Shown here piece after piece: positions 35,501 through 47,570 of a stretch of 64,000 bases of DNA. Where the stretch lies: assembly GCF_001194135.2 (NCBI RefSeq), contig NC_068993.1, positions 6,543,958 through 6,607,957 of the forward strand. The letters are read 5' to 3'. Under the pieces are notes generated by a model, which saw only the letters and a list, made by a program, of their open reading frames with translations, made no database searches and was not told where the DNA came from. This stretch comes from Octopus bimaculoides. Taxonomy: Eukaryota. A program made the position numbers and the translations under genes. Every line of letters begins with the position of its first letter. Positions within the stretch are counted from its first letter, which is position 1.

Positions 35501-38500
35501 ACATAACTGGTATTATATATAACTGGCCCCAAAAGATGAAAGGCAAAGTTGGAACTTCAGCAGGATTTGAACTCAGAATATACGGAACCATAAGAAACTG
35601 CCACAGAACATTTTTCTCCAATGCTCCATCAATTCTGCCAATCTACCACTATTATATATATGAAGATCATACGATGTTGTTTCATGCTAGTTCATGGCTG
35701 ATTGATCACACTTATGACCAAACCATGACCAGGCTAACTAAAGTCAAGTTTTCACCCAGCATGCACCATTCATTAACGTTATGTTGAATAACGAAAGCAG
35801 CAAAGTTATCTCTCTTACATACATCAACCGATCCCCGAAACAAGCTGTGTTGTGCCCTTGAGCAAGACACTTTATTTCACGTTGCCCTAGTTCACTCAGC
35901 TGCAGAAATGACTTGCGGTGTCATTGGTGCCAATTTGTATCAGCCTTTGGATAACATCGGTGGGGGTAAAGGGGTGGAAAAGGGAGGCTGGGTATGCATG
36001 GGAGAATGCTGGTCTTCTACAAACAACCTTGCCCAGACTCGAGCCTTGCAGAGGAACTTTCTAGGTGCAATCCCATGGTCATTCATGACCAGAAGGGGGT
36101 CTTTACCCTTTATACACTAGCCGACATCTTTGAGAAATACCAGAATCTGAATTGAAAAAACAGTATTGGGGCCTGTGTCTGTAACATTCATTTAATTAAG
36201 CTCGCAAATGGGGATATATTTGGGAGAATTTAAATTACAATCAAAGCCCTTCTTTGGTGAGAAAAATTATTTAGGATAGAATTTAATAAATAAATGTGCC
36301 CTTTTAAAGCCTAGCCAGGCTTATGAGCCCGGCTTCCCGGTTTCAATGGCGCATGTGTTCCCCAGCTGGACGGGACTCCAGTCCATCGCAGCGTTACTCA
36401 TTTTTGCCAGCTGAGTGGACTGGAGCAACGTGAAATGAAGTGTTTTGCTCAAGAACACAACGCGTCGCCCGGTCCAGGAATCGAAACCACAATCTTACGA
36501 TCATGGTGTTGACACCCTAACCACTAGGCCACGTGCCTTCACAGGATAGAATTTACTCTGCAAAAAACGATTTTTGCTTGAAACATCAGTTTCCACATTT
36601 CCCCACAACAGACAAGATTATTCAATATTTTTGACCTACAGCCGCTAACGACCCTCACCTGCATCCAACCTTTATTTTAACTTGGTACTACGCATCCAAA
36701 GGATCATACCTGCACCTCCACACTGTCCTTCAGGGGTCTCTCCTACACTCACTCATGTTAAAGATTATTAAACAACAACAACAACAAAACCAAGAAAATA
36801 GACAAAAAAGTAAAAATCCACTGACCGTGAATCTGAACTCCAATCGATACAAACATTGTCGTCGTAAGCCCCATAGAGGGCTCGTAGTAGTCTGAAGGGG
36901 TTGAAATTCATTTGTTTGCAAGGAGCACTATACAAAAGGACTTTGTCCCCTTTAGCAACAGCAAACTTCCTGCAAAATGAAAAAAGAAAATTATTATTAT
37001 TTTTTTGTTTTATTATTTCACTTGTTTCAGTCATTAGACTTGGCCATGCTGGGGCATCGCCTTGAAGAATATAAAGTTGAATGTATTGACCCCAGTACTT
37101 TTTTTTTAAGCCTGGTACTCATTCTATTGATCACTTTTGCTGAACTGCTAAGTTATCGGGATGTAAACACACCAACAGCGGTTGTCAAGCAGTGGAGGGG
37201 AGGGGACAAACAAACAAACACCCACACACATATATATATATAGGGCTTCTTTTAACTTCTCTCTACAAAAGTCACTCACAAGGATTTGGTTGGCCTGAGG
37301 TCTATAGTAGAAGACACTTGCCCAAGGTGCCACGCAATGGGACTGAACCCAGAACCATGTGGTTGGGAAGCAAGCATCTTACCACACAGCCACATCAATA
37401 ACTATAACAGCTTCAACAACAAACAGCTTTATCTGTTACTGGTTGCATTGGATGTCATTATTTTTAACAATGAAGGGTTAAAAACCAATGCCATATTCCA
37501 AAGTAATCCGATTCCATAATAAACAATATAGAGAAAAAGACTGGAAGTACAAAGGTCACGAGTTCAAACTGCATTGTATTCGGCTGCTGAAGCCCAGTGG
37601 TTCTCATCCATTTTTTTGCATACGGACCCCTTTGGTTCCTATTCTATTCTATGAACCCTCCTGACCATTCTCCGTGTCATCATCATCATTTAACGTACAC
37701 TTTCCATACTGGCATGAGTAGGATGGTTTAACATTCTGTAGAGTAGATATTTATTATTCTACAACAAGAATTGTAACGACTGTGACTTTGAAGTTTTGGC
37801 CTGCTCAGCCAAAGTCACGTTGGCATTATATAGTATCTGTTAAGTTAAAATTTTCCATGGTAGGTGGAGCTCTGTTGAATGGTAATTAAGTTGTAAAGCA
37901 GGTCAGATTGGTACAATATAAAAGGAAACATGAATACTCACTTGCCATTAGGACTGAATTTGACACAGTGCACTGGACTGTGGAAGTGGAATCGGTGCAA
38001 CACACTGCGACTAATGAGACTACACAGCAACGCCTCTCCCTCTAGAATAAAAAGCAAACAGCATATTTGGTACAGAAAACTTAGAAATATTTAAACCTAC
38101 AGACACCCACTCAATCACACGCAAAAATGATCCTACGTACAGCAGGCTACTGACCACCAAACTAAAGGAATTGATTTTTGACCCTTTTTCCCGTCCCTTA
38201 ACAAATAAACTCCCCTCTTTATCGTTGTACTCACCTTCATTGACCAAAATAAGTGTGTAGCCATCTGGGGATGCAGCAATATGAGTAATATTCCGACTGC
38301 TTTCAATAGGCAGGGTCTCTGATTTATTACTGAGAAGGAGAAAGAGAAATGATGATGATAATAATAATAATAATAATCCTTTCTACTACAGGCACATAGC
38401 CTGAAATTTCAGGGGTTGGAGGCTAATCAATTACATTGACCCCAGTGCATAACTGGTACTTATTTCATTGGTCCTGAAAGGATGAAAGGAAAATACGACC

Positions 38501-41500
38501 TCAGCAGAATTTGAACCCAGGATGTAAGGCCGGCTGAAATGCCACTAAGCATTTCAACTGGCGAATTTGCCAGCTTGTTGCCTTAATAATGATAATAATA
38601 CTGAAGGCACAGGGGCCTAAAATTTTGTGGGGAGGGAGTTAGTCAATTACATCAACCCCAGTGTTTCATTGGTACTTAATTTACCAACCCCAAAAGGGTG
38701 AAAGGCAAAATCGACTTTGACGGGATTTTTTTTTACTTAATTTTGAGAGCAGTCAGGTTAATTTCAGATATTCTCATTTTAAAAAATCATCTCTGGCTAA
38801 TCATTGAGAGGACGTTGGTGTTGCCTTGGCAGAGGTTTGCGCTCTCTGAATGCTCTTGTTATTATTATTATTACCTCTACATTACCCAAGGCAGAGGTAT
38901 TGTTTTCAATCGTGTTTGTTTGTTTGTCCTTGGACAAGGTATCTCAAGAACCACTGGATGGATTCAGATGAAACTTTCAGGGATGTTTGGCCTCGTGACT
39001 GGCACGAACTGATTAGATTTTGGGATCGATCCAGAACCGGACAAGGATTCTGAATTATTTTTCCGTTCTTCTTTTTACTTAATTTTTGAGAACGGTCGGG
39101 TTCATTTTTAGTATTCTCATTTGTGTGAACAGTCGAGGTTATTTCAGATATTCTCATCTTAAAAATCATCTCTGATTAATTGTTGAGAGGATGTTGGTGT
39201 TGCCTTGGGAGAGGTTTGCGCTCTCTGAGTGCTCTTGTTATTGTTATGATATGGATTTATTTTATTAGCCAGAAGGGCCAAAAACATTGGTAACAGTACA
39301 AGGATGAAATACAAAATCAGAAGGAAGACTTACAAGAAGCAAAACAGGGAGATCACAATAATAACAATAATAATAATAATAATAATAATAAGCAAGAAAA
39401 AAAACAAAAAATAATAATAAATAAACAACAAGAACCCTAAAAACAGGGATCTACCACACAGGGTCATTCAAGACACCCATACAAGCCTTCAGATTACCCT
39501 GACACACCAAAGTGAGTGCCCTCTTCCAGATTATACCTGGATTCTCAGAGGCTCTTTTAGCCACACAAACAGCATGACTTTCACCTAATTTTCATAAAAA
39601 TTCTCTCTTCTGCACCATCACCTTATTCTTCCAGTGGTACCTGAAGATGCTGCTGAGAGCTTGGTCTGAAAGAAGAAACTATGTCAACCACACAACCACC
39701 ATAGCGATAGCCGTTGAAATGAAGGCTAAACGGTTCTTCTTTGTGAAACGCAAGAAGCAGGTCGATCTTTACCGAGAGAGAGACCCAGCTGATGGCTTGG
39801 ATTCGTGTTACGTGCGATAACAGCTGTTCAACATAAGCCACAAATTGTCGATGAACAGACACTGAGCAAATGTGTGTAGGGCTGGTTTGGGGCTCTGTTC
39901 TCATTTCAAACAAACCCTGACATAACAGTGGCTGATATAAAATGCTAAATAGTGAATAGATTTCTCCAGTTACACTTTACATTGAATGTAGAGAGTAAAA
40001 GATAGAGGGGCAGGATGAGTGAGGTATAACTTTATGACAAATACGCATTTCCTCATGAAGCTTGGCAGAGATAGGTTTCTAGTAAAGCAGACTGTGGTTA
40101 TCCTTTTTTCTTTTATCTTTTACTTGCTTTAGTCATTAGACTATGGCCAGGTTGGGGCACTATCTTGAAAAAAATTTTAGTCGAATGAATCAGCCCCAGA
40201 ATTTAATTATTTTTTAAAACTTGGTATTTATTCTATCGGTTCCTTTTGCTGAACTGCTAAGTTTCAGGAACATAAACACTAGCAACAGTGGAGGACGGGG
40301 GCAAACAGAAACAGACAGACATCTTTCAGTTTTAGTCTACCAAATCCACTCACAAGGCTTTGGTCGGCCCAAGACTAAAGTAAAATACACTCGCCCAAGG
40401 CACCATAGAGTGGGACTGAACCTGGAACCATGTGGTTGGAAAGCAAGCTTCTTACCACAAAGCCATGCTGATAAAACTTAGTGAAGTAATAATAACATTA
40501 ATTGGAAACATACGAAAGAGAAATTTCTTTTGTTTAATTTAATTTCAAGGATGAAGATATTTTGAAAATTAACATTTGTTTCATCAGTTTGTATAAGTCC
40601 CAAAATATTTGACAAAAGTTAAATCACAATTATTGCTTGTATGCTTTATTTCCTGATATTACTCATGGTGACAAAAGCATACTTCTAAAGTTTCTTTTAA
40701 TATAACGAGCAGCGCTCTAGTATTTAACGACTATTAATTCTTTATACAACATACTGAGACAAGTGTTACTAAGTACCACACATAAATTATGTGAAGTACT
40801 TTTAACAGCACAAATAGCCAAAGCTCTATAGAGCTCCACTCTGGAATGCAGAGATAGCATGCAATAAAACTAAAACTACGGAAACAATTTTATTTCTAAC
40901 ATGTAGGTGTAGGTGTGGTTGTGTGGTAAGAAGTTTGCTTCCCAACCACGTGGTTCTGGGTTCAGTCCCACTGTGTGGCACCTCGGGCAAGTGTCTTCTA
41001 CTGTAACCTCTGGCCAACCAAAGCCTTGTGAGTGAATTTAGAAGATGGAAACTGAAAGAAGCCTATCATCATCATCAACATTGTTTAATGTCTGCTTTCC
41101 ATGCTAGCATGGGTTGGACGGTTTAACTGAGGACTGGTGAACCAGATGGCTACACCAGGCTCCAATCTGATTTGGCAGAGTTTCTACAGCTGGATGCCCT
41201 TCCTAACACCAACCACACAGACAAATAAATATTTATACCGCTGACGTGGCCAGTGGAATGTTAAAATGCAAAAAGCACATTGTGATCAGCGATGTAATAA
41301 CAAGATCCGATAGTTTGGTCAATACCGAGATGAATATCTATACACGCACACACAAAGATATATGTCCATTTCATGCTGATTGTTGGAAAAAAACCCCAGA
41401 GCACTTGATACCATAGTGGGTAGAGCACTTAATAATATTTAATTTTGGTTGGGTAAGCGTCTTGTAGAGGGCCTTCAGGCAAGTTATGGCTGTTGACTTA

Positions 41501-41722
41501 CTTGAAGACCTTGTGTACACACAGATGGAACTCAAAGCAACAAGACAAGGGACTCGACCAAAATAAGAGAGAGAGAGATTGAGAGAAATAAAACTGATAA
41601 AGTACTTACTTTTTTAAATCAAAGACAGTGATCCGGTTCCCAACAGGACTAATCACACAGCCACCGTCAGGAGTAAAAGCAAGGTTACCACGACGATATA
41701 CAGACCCCAAAAGATTTGAGAA
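22153..41722 (-). CDS. PWP2: Periodic tryptophan protein 2 homolog (PWP2/UTP1, WD40 SSU processome subunit); first short exon not located
   Basis: 17 GT-AG exons totalling 2769 nt in one frame. FSNLLGSVYRRGNL, GQLLVWEWQSETYILKQQGH, SSSLDGTVRAFDLNRYRNFRTFTSP and GRAWAATTTEGL match PWP2. AATAAA on the minus strand at 22125-22130. Confidence 0.97.
23005..23570. mobile_element. Foldback DNA element with about 38-bp TIRs and central TTAGGG repeats
   Basis: TIRs at 23005-23042 and 23533-23570; inner inverted repeat ttcaaccaatcactgac/gtcagtgattggttgaa; tagggttagggttaggg at 23256-23272. Confidence 0.7.
24058..24283 (-). CDS. PWP2: PWP2 exon (Utp12/Dip2-like domain)
   Basis: YVDKLLFFISGQMEQSAHIQYYLTWLEHLLVSHG. 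Confidence 0.95.
24535..24775. mobile_element. piggyBac-type MITE
   Basis: ttaaccctcttggtacc ... ggtagcaaaaggtttaa ends. Confidence 0.55.
24883..25101 (-). CDS. PWP2: PWP2 exon
   Basis: RAWAATTTEGLLVYSLD...FDPFELEVDITP...ALMLSFRLNE. Confidence 0.96.
25749..25923 (-). CDS. PWP2: PWP2 exon
   Basis: EFLDKRQMTEWGN...LPGVLRGDMSSRR...RFSPT. Confidence 0.96.
26730..26877 (-). CDS. PWP2: PWP2 exon
   Basis: AFNTICYSADGKAILAAGRSKNVCIY...KKFEISCNKSFDGME. Confidence 0.96.
28388..28568 (-). CDS. PWP2: PWP2 exon
   Basis: LALAFRPDGGQLAIATLNASITFWD...IEGRHDLG-like VEGRHDLG. Confidence 0.96.
29118..29416 (-). CDS. PWP2: PWP2 exon
   Basis: YRNFRTFTSP...LSGHEAPISDL...SGSWDKTVKLWD. Confidence 0.97.
29959..30107 (-). 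CDS. PWP2: PWP2 exon
   Basis: VKVWNVMSGSCFVTFSEHTAGITGVTF...SSSLDGTVRAFDLN. Confidence 0.97.
30386..30593 (-). CDS. PWP2: PWP2 exon
   Basis: ISDQ...TGDWIAMGCCGLGQLLVWEWQSETYILKQQGH...TGGDDAK. Confidence 0.97.
31702..31863 (-). CDS. PWP2: PWP2 exon
   Basis: LTSATFHKLTNLLVTGFEDGCFFIHEMPVANLIHSL. Confidence 0.95.
33075..33150 (-). CDS. PWP2: PWP2 exon
   Basis: AQKRRRQEVEDDRVKNKIIYKKGH; phases fit both neighbours. Confidence 0.85.
34257..34383 (-). CDS. PWP2: PWP2 exon
   Basis: LYTIAANGIVNYWECNTGLDGL...DEEQST. Confidence 0.9.
34900..35035 (-). CDS. PWP2: PWP2 exon
   Basis: VLCVGSKDMSTRVYG...GGHSDSIVGAFFEKDSMN. Confidence 0.95.
36826..36969 (-). CDS. PWP2: PWP2 exon
   Basis: KFAVAKGDKVLLYSAP...YGAYDDNVCIDWSSDS. 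Confidence 0.95.
37942..38041 (-). CDS. PWP2: PWP2 exon
   Basis: GEALLCSLISRSVLHRFHFHSPVHCVKFSPNG. Confidence 0.93.
38235..38329 (-). CDS. PWP2: PWP2 exon
   Basis: NKSETLPIESSRNITHIAASPDGYTLILVNE. Confidence 0.93.
38722..39240 (+). mobile_element. Two tandem non-autonomous Helentron/HINE-like elements (truncated 38722-38861, fuller 38869-39240)
   Basis: 5' tattacctct...agaggt, (TTTG)n, 3' ccttgg.agaggtttgcgctctctga.tgc hairpin end present in both copies. Confidence 0.6.
39600..39915 (-). mobile_element. L1/Tx1-like LINE ORF2 C-terminal remnant, frameshifted
   Basis: HTFAQC...LW / AYVEQLLSHVTRIQ...VKID pieces in alternating frames. Confidence 0.45.
41610..41722 (-). CDS. PWP2: PWP2 exon
   Basis: FSNLLGSVYRRGNLAFTPDGGCVISPVGNRITVFDLK. 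Confidence 0.97.
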
Positions 41723-43594
41723 CTGGAAAACAAAAAAAATATAAGAGAAATGATAAACATTACAAGATTCTTCTCCCACTCGTGACAGACAGAGAGCCAC
41801 AAATGTATGGGGAAGATGGATACTAACCCCAGTACATGACTGGTACTTATTTCATCAACTACATAATAAATTACAGCCATAACTGACTCCCAACAGTATT
41901 TGGGATTCAGAATGGTACAGACAAGCATGGCTATGTGGTTGAGAAGTCAACTTCCAAACTCCATGTGGTTTTGGGTCTTCTGCACAGATAGAAACTGAAA
42001 GAAGCCTATCATAAATATACACATACATACATGTGTGTGTGTGTGTGTGTGTGCAAGCATGGCTGATTAGTTAAGAAGCCTGTTTCCCATCTACATGGTT
42101 TTGGATTCAGTCTCACTACATTGCACCTTAGGCAAGTGTCTTCTACTACAGCCTAGAGCCAACCAAACACTTGTGAATGGAAACTAAAAGAAGCCCACGG
42201 TATGTATTATCATTATCATTTAATGTCCATTTTCTATGCTGGCATGTCAGAGGACTGCACTAAACCCGATTGTCCGTTTTGGCATGGTTTATACAGCAAA
42301 AGTCCTTCCTACCACCAACCACTTTACAGAACAGACTGGGTACTTTCTAAGTAGTACCAGCACCAGTGAGGCCTGCTTTGGCATGGTTTTTATAGTTGTA
42401 TGCCCTTCCAAATACCAACCAAGTTGACAGTAGTGAGGCTTGAGCAGCAGGGATTATCTGAGAACAACATTCAACAGTCTTAGTTCACCTAGCAAGAACC
42501 GGATCATCTAGGAATGTTACCTGTGCTAGACCAACATTCTAGATTGTTTTGGTTCACTCAGCTGTCAGTAAAAGGTACCAGATCATACGGAAATGTTACC
42601 CTGAAATACATGTGGGTCCTGTTCAAAGGAAGTTTTATTCTCTATCCATTTCATTGATTGCACTTCACCCTTTAGCATTCAGATTACCCCGTCAAATGTA
42701 ATATTTAATCATTAAAAAAAATTTTCTGAATCAACCATAGCTTCAAGATTTCAGTGATGTGACTTTATTTTTAGAATGATATTCTGGGTAGATGTGAGAG
42801 GCCAGCTCTGGCTAGTTTGAACATAAAACAGGTAGAATGTTTTGGCCAGATCTGGCCAGTTTTAAATGCTAGAGGGGTGAGGTAGTGATGGACAAGATGA
42901 TCAAATATTAAATCAAGTGAGAGAAGTCTACTTATAATGGTACTAAATACAACAAAGCCTATTTTAGCCAGTTTACAGCCAGCAACATTAATTCGTTAGC
43001 ATATCATCATGTTTCTGAAAACAAGACAGCTTTGTACTTGCTGTATAATACCAAGTATTTATTTTACATCCTATTCTCATTAACTTTCCATTAACCCAAA
43101 CTCTCGCATAAACATCTTCCATCATCCTTATATAGTTTGCGGTACAATCATCTTGCCATGACCTCTTTTACATCCTTGTTGTTTATTGTTCTCATTATTT
43201 AATTGTAATTAATTGCGAGATGGAAATTTAACTATGTAGTAATAGGTTAATAATAATGATAATTCTTTCCACTAAAGGCACAAGGCCTGAAATTTTATGG
43301 GAGGGGACAAGTGGATTACATTGGCCCCCAGTGCATAACTGGTACTTATTTCATAGACTCCGAAAGGATGAAAGGTAAAGTCGACCTTGGTGGAATTTGA
43401 ACTCAGAATGTAAGGATGGAGGAAATGCTGCTAAGCATTTTGCCTGGCGTGCTAACGATTCTGCCAGCTGCCACCTTGTTAACAACAACAGCAACAATTG
43501 GTCTCTTTTGCCAAGCTGCTTAGTTACAGGGACATAAGCAAACCAATGCCAGTTGTCAATCAGTGGTAGGGAACAAACACAACACAAAGATATG

Positions 43595-43809
43595 TACGAA
43601 GGGGCCCTGAAAAATTCCTGGATTTAAGGGTATCGTGAAAGGCCTAGTTGGAGGCCCAACCTTCCAAGTTCTTTTACAGGGCTTAGAAAAACTGAAAGAC
43701 TGCTGCAGTAAGTGTGTGAATCTAGAGAAGGAAATGTGTTGAATAAATTAACTGATCCTCCTGTATTTTCTTTTACCCAAAGCCAGGAACTTCTTATCAC
43801 CCCCTCATG
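43595..43809 (+). mobile_element. Mariner-derived MITE
   Basis: TIRs tacgaagggg...aaattcctgg / aaagccaggaactt...cccctc; internal LQGLEKLKDCCSKCVNL resembles the mariner C-terminus. Confidence 0.75.
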
Positions 43810-44768
43810 TGTGTTTCGTGCGGGTGACATGTAAAAGTAATCACTACACTCTCTGAGTGGTTGGCTTTAGGAAGGGCATCCAGCTGTAGAAACTCTGCCA
43901 AATCAGATTGGAGCCTGGTGTTGCCATCCGGTTTCACCAGTCCTCAGTCAAATCGTCCAACCCATGCTAGCATGGAAAGCGGACATTAAACGATGACGAT
44001 GATGATGATATATATATATATATATATATAGTGGGCTTCTTTCAATTCCATCAACTAAATGTACTCACAAAGCTTTGGTTGGCTCAAGTCTATAGTAGAA
44101 GAGACATGCTCAAGGTGTCACACAGTGGGACTGGAACCATGGAACCAAGAAACATGGTTAGGAAGCAATTTCTCCACCACACCTCCACATCCACACCTAA
44201 ATCATTAAATACATGTTCATTTTTTTTCTTCTTTCTAAGACAGTTTAAAAGCACAATTCAAAGGAAACTGAGCTGTTGTTTCCAACAGGTCAAGCAAGCA
44301 CGTAGAAGTTTTCCTCATTGGCTCAGGTGGTGAGCTGGCAAGGGATGGGGGGGTGGAAGCGATAGTAATAACAATGTGTGGTAACAGCACTGTAGTAGTA
44401 ACAGTGATGGTGGTGGCGGTGGTGGTAGTATTGATCCTTGAGATATATTGATAGTCACTGAAGTGGTGGTATTACTGCTGACGATGGCAGTCAGTCATCA
44501 TTATCACTTATTGATTACCAATACACTATTTTTACTGAAATTACTACTACTACTACCATTACAACTATTTACTACTAATAACAACAATGGTGATGACGAT
44601 GACGTCTTAAATGTATTTATTGATTGATTACTTTTTTTCTTCTGTTTTTTTTTTGTCCTGTCTACTTGTTTCTTATATGGGTAATCTGTACAACAATATT
44701 AAAACCATAACTTGTTTGCTCACTCTATGTCTTCATGGCTAGTATTGCAGTCAAACAGCAAACTGAGG

Positions 44769-44811
<43 letters not shown>

Positions 44812-45419
44812 TAATAATAATGATGATGATGACGATGATGGTTTCAAACTTTGGCACAAGGCCTGCAATTTTGGGGGAGGTGGGGGGGGCAAGCCTATTA
44901 CATCAACCTAAGTATTCGACTGGTACTCTTTATCGACCCTGAAAGGTTTGAAAGGCAAAGTCAACCTCAGCAGAATTTGAACTCAGAATTATGTTACGGG
45001 GACATAAACACACCAACACCGGTTGCCAAGTGATGGCAAGGGACAAACCCAGACACAAGGACAGACAGACAGACACACTCACACACACACATATATACAT
45101 GACCAGCTTCTTTCAGCTTCCGTCTACCAAATCCACTCACAAGGCTTTGGTAGGCCCGAGGCTATAGTGGAAGACACTTGCCCAAGGTGCCATGCAATGG
45201 GACTGAACCCAGAACCATGTGGATGGGAAGCATCACACAGCCACACTTGCGCCTGTGATGATGATGACAATTAAAACTTTGGTAACCTCTAAACAAAGCT
45301 ACATTTCATTTATCAGTCACTCAGTAAAACTTTATTGTATTATCTCCAATCCCAGCCCTGAGGAAAATAAAATAAAATAAAATAAATATCAGAAACTACA
45401 TAACTATATTTAGACAAAA

Positions 45420-45468
<49 letters not shown>

Positions 45469-45739
45469 ACAAGAACGAATCTGTATCAATGACATATTTA
45501 TTGATTGAAACAACTGGGTGTGTGTGTGTGGGTGTTAATTAGGAATTTATAATAACAAAACCAAAATAAAACTACCACTAACACTACTGTTATTGTTGTC
45601 GTTAAATTACATCTGTCAATACAATATTATGCAACAAATTGCAACTATCTTTATAATAATAATAATTATTATTATAATTAAGGTGACCAGCTGGCAGACT
45701 CGTTAGCACTCCAGGAGAAGACGCTTTGTGGCATTTCAA

Positions 45740-46325
45740 GCGTTGGGCCTCACAGAGACAAAGTGGTCGAGTTCCTTTCGAGTGTTGGGCCTCACAGAGA
45801 CAAAGTGGTCGAGTTCCTTTCGAGTGTTGGGCCTCACAGAGACAAAGTGGTCGAGTTCCTTTCGAGTGTTGGGCCTCACAGAGACANNNNNNNNNNNNNN
45901 NNNNNNNNNNNNNNNNNNNNNNNNNNNNNNNNNNNNNNNNNNNNNNNNNNNNNNNNNNNNNNNNNNNNNNNNNNNNNNNNNNNNNNNNNNNNNNNNNNNN
46001 NNNNNNNNNNNNNNNNNNNNNNNNNNNNNNNNNNNNNNNNNNNNNNNNNNNNNNNNNNNNNNNNNNNNNNNNNNNNNNNNNNNNNNNNNNNNNNNNNNNN
46101 NNNNNNNNNNNNNNNNNNNNNNNNNNNNNNNNNNNNNNNNNNNNNNNNNNNNNNNNNNNNNNNNNNNNNNNNNNNNNNNNNNNNNNNNNNNNNNNNNNNN
46201 NNNNAAAGTGGTCGAGTTCCTTTCGAGTGTTGGGCCTCACAGGGACAAAGTGGTCGAGTTCCTTTCGAGTGTTGGGCCTCACAGAGACAAAGTGGTCGAG
46301 TTCCTTTCGAGTGTTGGGCCTCATG
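45740..46325. repeat. 42-bp minisatellite spanning an N gap
   Basis: Unit gggcctcacagagacaaagtggtcgagttcctttcgagtgtt; about 3 copies visible on each side of the gap. Confidence 0.95.
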
Positions 46326-46490
46326 GAGGCAATGACCAAGACCTTTGGCATTATGTCGTGCTTAAGATGATGACCCGTCAAGGTGAGCAAAATTGCAGTT
46401 GTGGCAGATACCGGTGTCACGCAAAAGCAACCATTACACTCTCGGAGAGGTTGGTATTAGGAAGGGCATGCAGCCATAGAAAACCATGTC
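46310..46490 (+). mobile_element. RTE LINE 3' end contiguous with the minisatellite
   Basis: ttgggcctcatggaggcaatgacc...ctttggcattatgtcgtgctt...tacactctcggag. Confidence 0.75.
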
Positions 46491-46759
46491 AAACCGGCAC
46501 AGGATTTCACATCAGGAATCTAACAAAACAAACAACGTAATTACTTTTTTGTTAATGAGTCAAAGAGAGAAAGGGCCAATGCCATTGGCTGTGACCCTTA
46601 TCAGTGCATGAAAGGGGAAGGGTGAGGGGGTAAGCTAGCTCCAGACCTGGGTCAAATACTTGCAGTATAAAAGAATCCTATTAAGGTTCCAAGTAAGGAC
46701 CAGGTGATGGGAGGTTGGGGGGTGCGGAAAGGGGGGAACATAACAGATTTAAGTCTACA

Positions 46760-47198
46760 CAATTACAACCACCACCACCACTACTACTACTACTAATGAA
46801 ATTTCTAACAGTTTCATTAATGATAATTACAACTACAGTAACTACCACCGCAACCAATACTGCTGCTACTACTACTACTACTACTACTACTACAATCATC
46901 ACCACCACTGCTGCTACTACTACTACTACTACTACCACCACTGCTGCTGCTGCTACTACTACTACCACCACCACCACAACTCTCACTACAGTATAACTAA
47001 AACAACTGTCACATCAAAAGCCACGACCACCACCACTTCAACTATTATAAACCACAGCAGCAACAACAAAAACAACAACCGGTGACAAAACTATGACCAC
47101 CACACCTGAGTGTCCAAACACTGGAAACAGTCCAATACCTTCCGTGTACTGGAACAGCAGAAAGAACAGTTCCAAGTCTGATAACTGCTACAACAAAA

Positions 47199-47231
<33 letters not shown>

Positions 47232-47570
47232 GGTGGTTGTACAGTTGTGTTGACGATGATAATGATGATGATGAAGATGATGCTGGTAACAGTAGCAACT
47301 GGGATGGAGGTATTGATGAAGCCAGGGATGGTGGCAGCAGCAGCAGCAGTTGTACTAGCAACAGCAGCAGGGGTGATGATGACGATGATGATGATGATGA
47401 TTATAATGGTAGTAGTAGTAGTAGTAGCAAGGAAGTTAATGGTGATGATAGTAGTTGTAGTAGCAGCAGCAGCAGATGATGATAATGGTGGGAGCAAAGC
47501 AACAATGGGAGTGGTGGTAGTAGGAGTGTTGTGGTGGCAGTGGTCATTGTTATGATGATGCTATCAGTAG
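46760..47570. repeat. Compound trinucleotide low-complexity tract
   Basis: (ACT/ACC/GCT)n followed by (GAT/GGT/AGT/AGC)n. Confidence 0.85.

Noticed and set aside
44225-44335. Possible plus-strand exon (also 48160-48200 and 63440-63654)
   Set aside because: Splice-like signals or short open frames, but no recognisable protein and no partner exons.
45602-46540. CRISPR array or repeat-protein gene
   Set aside because: Head-to-tail identical 42-bp units with no spacers, eukaryotic context, derived from RTE sequence; the ORFs are artefacts of the repeat and the N gap.
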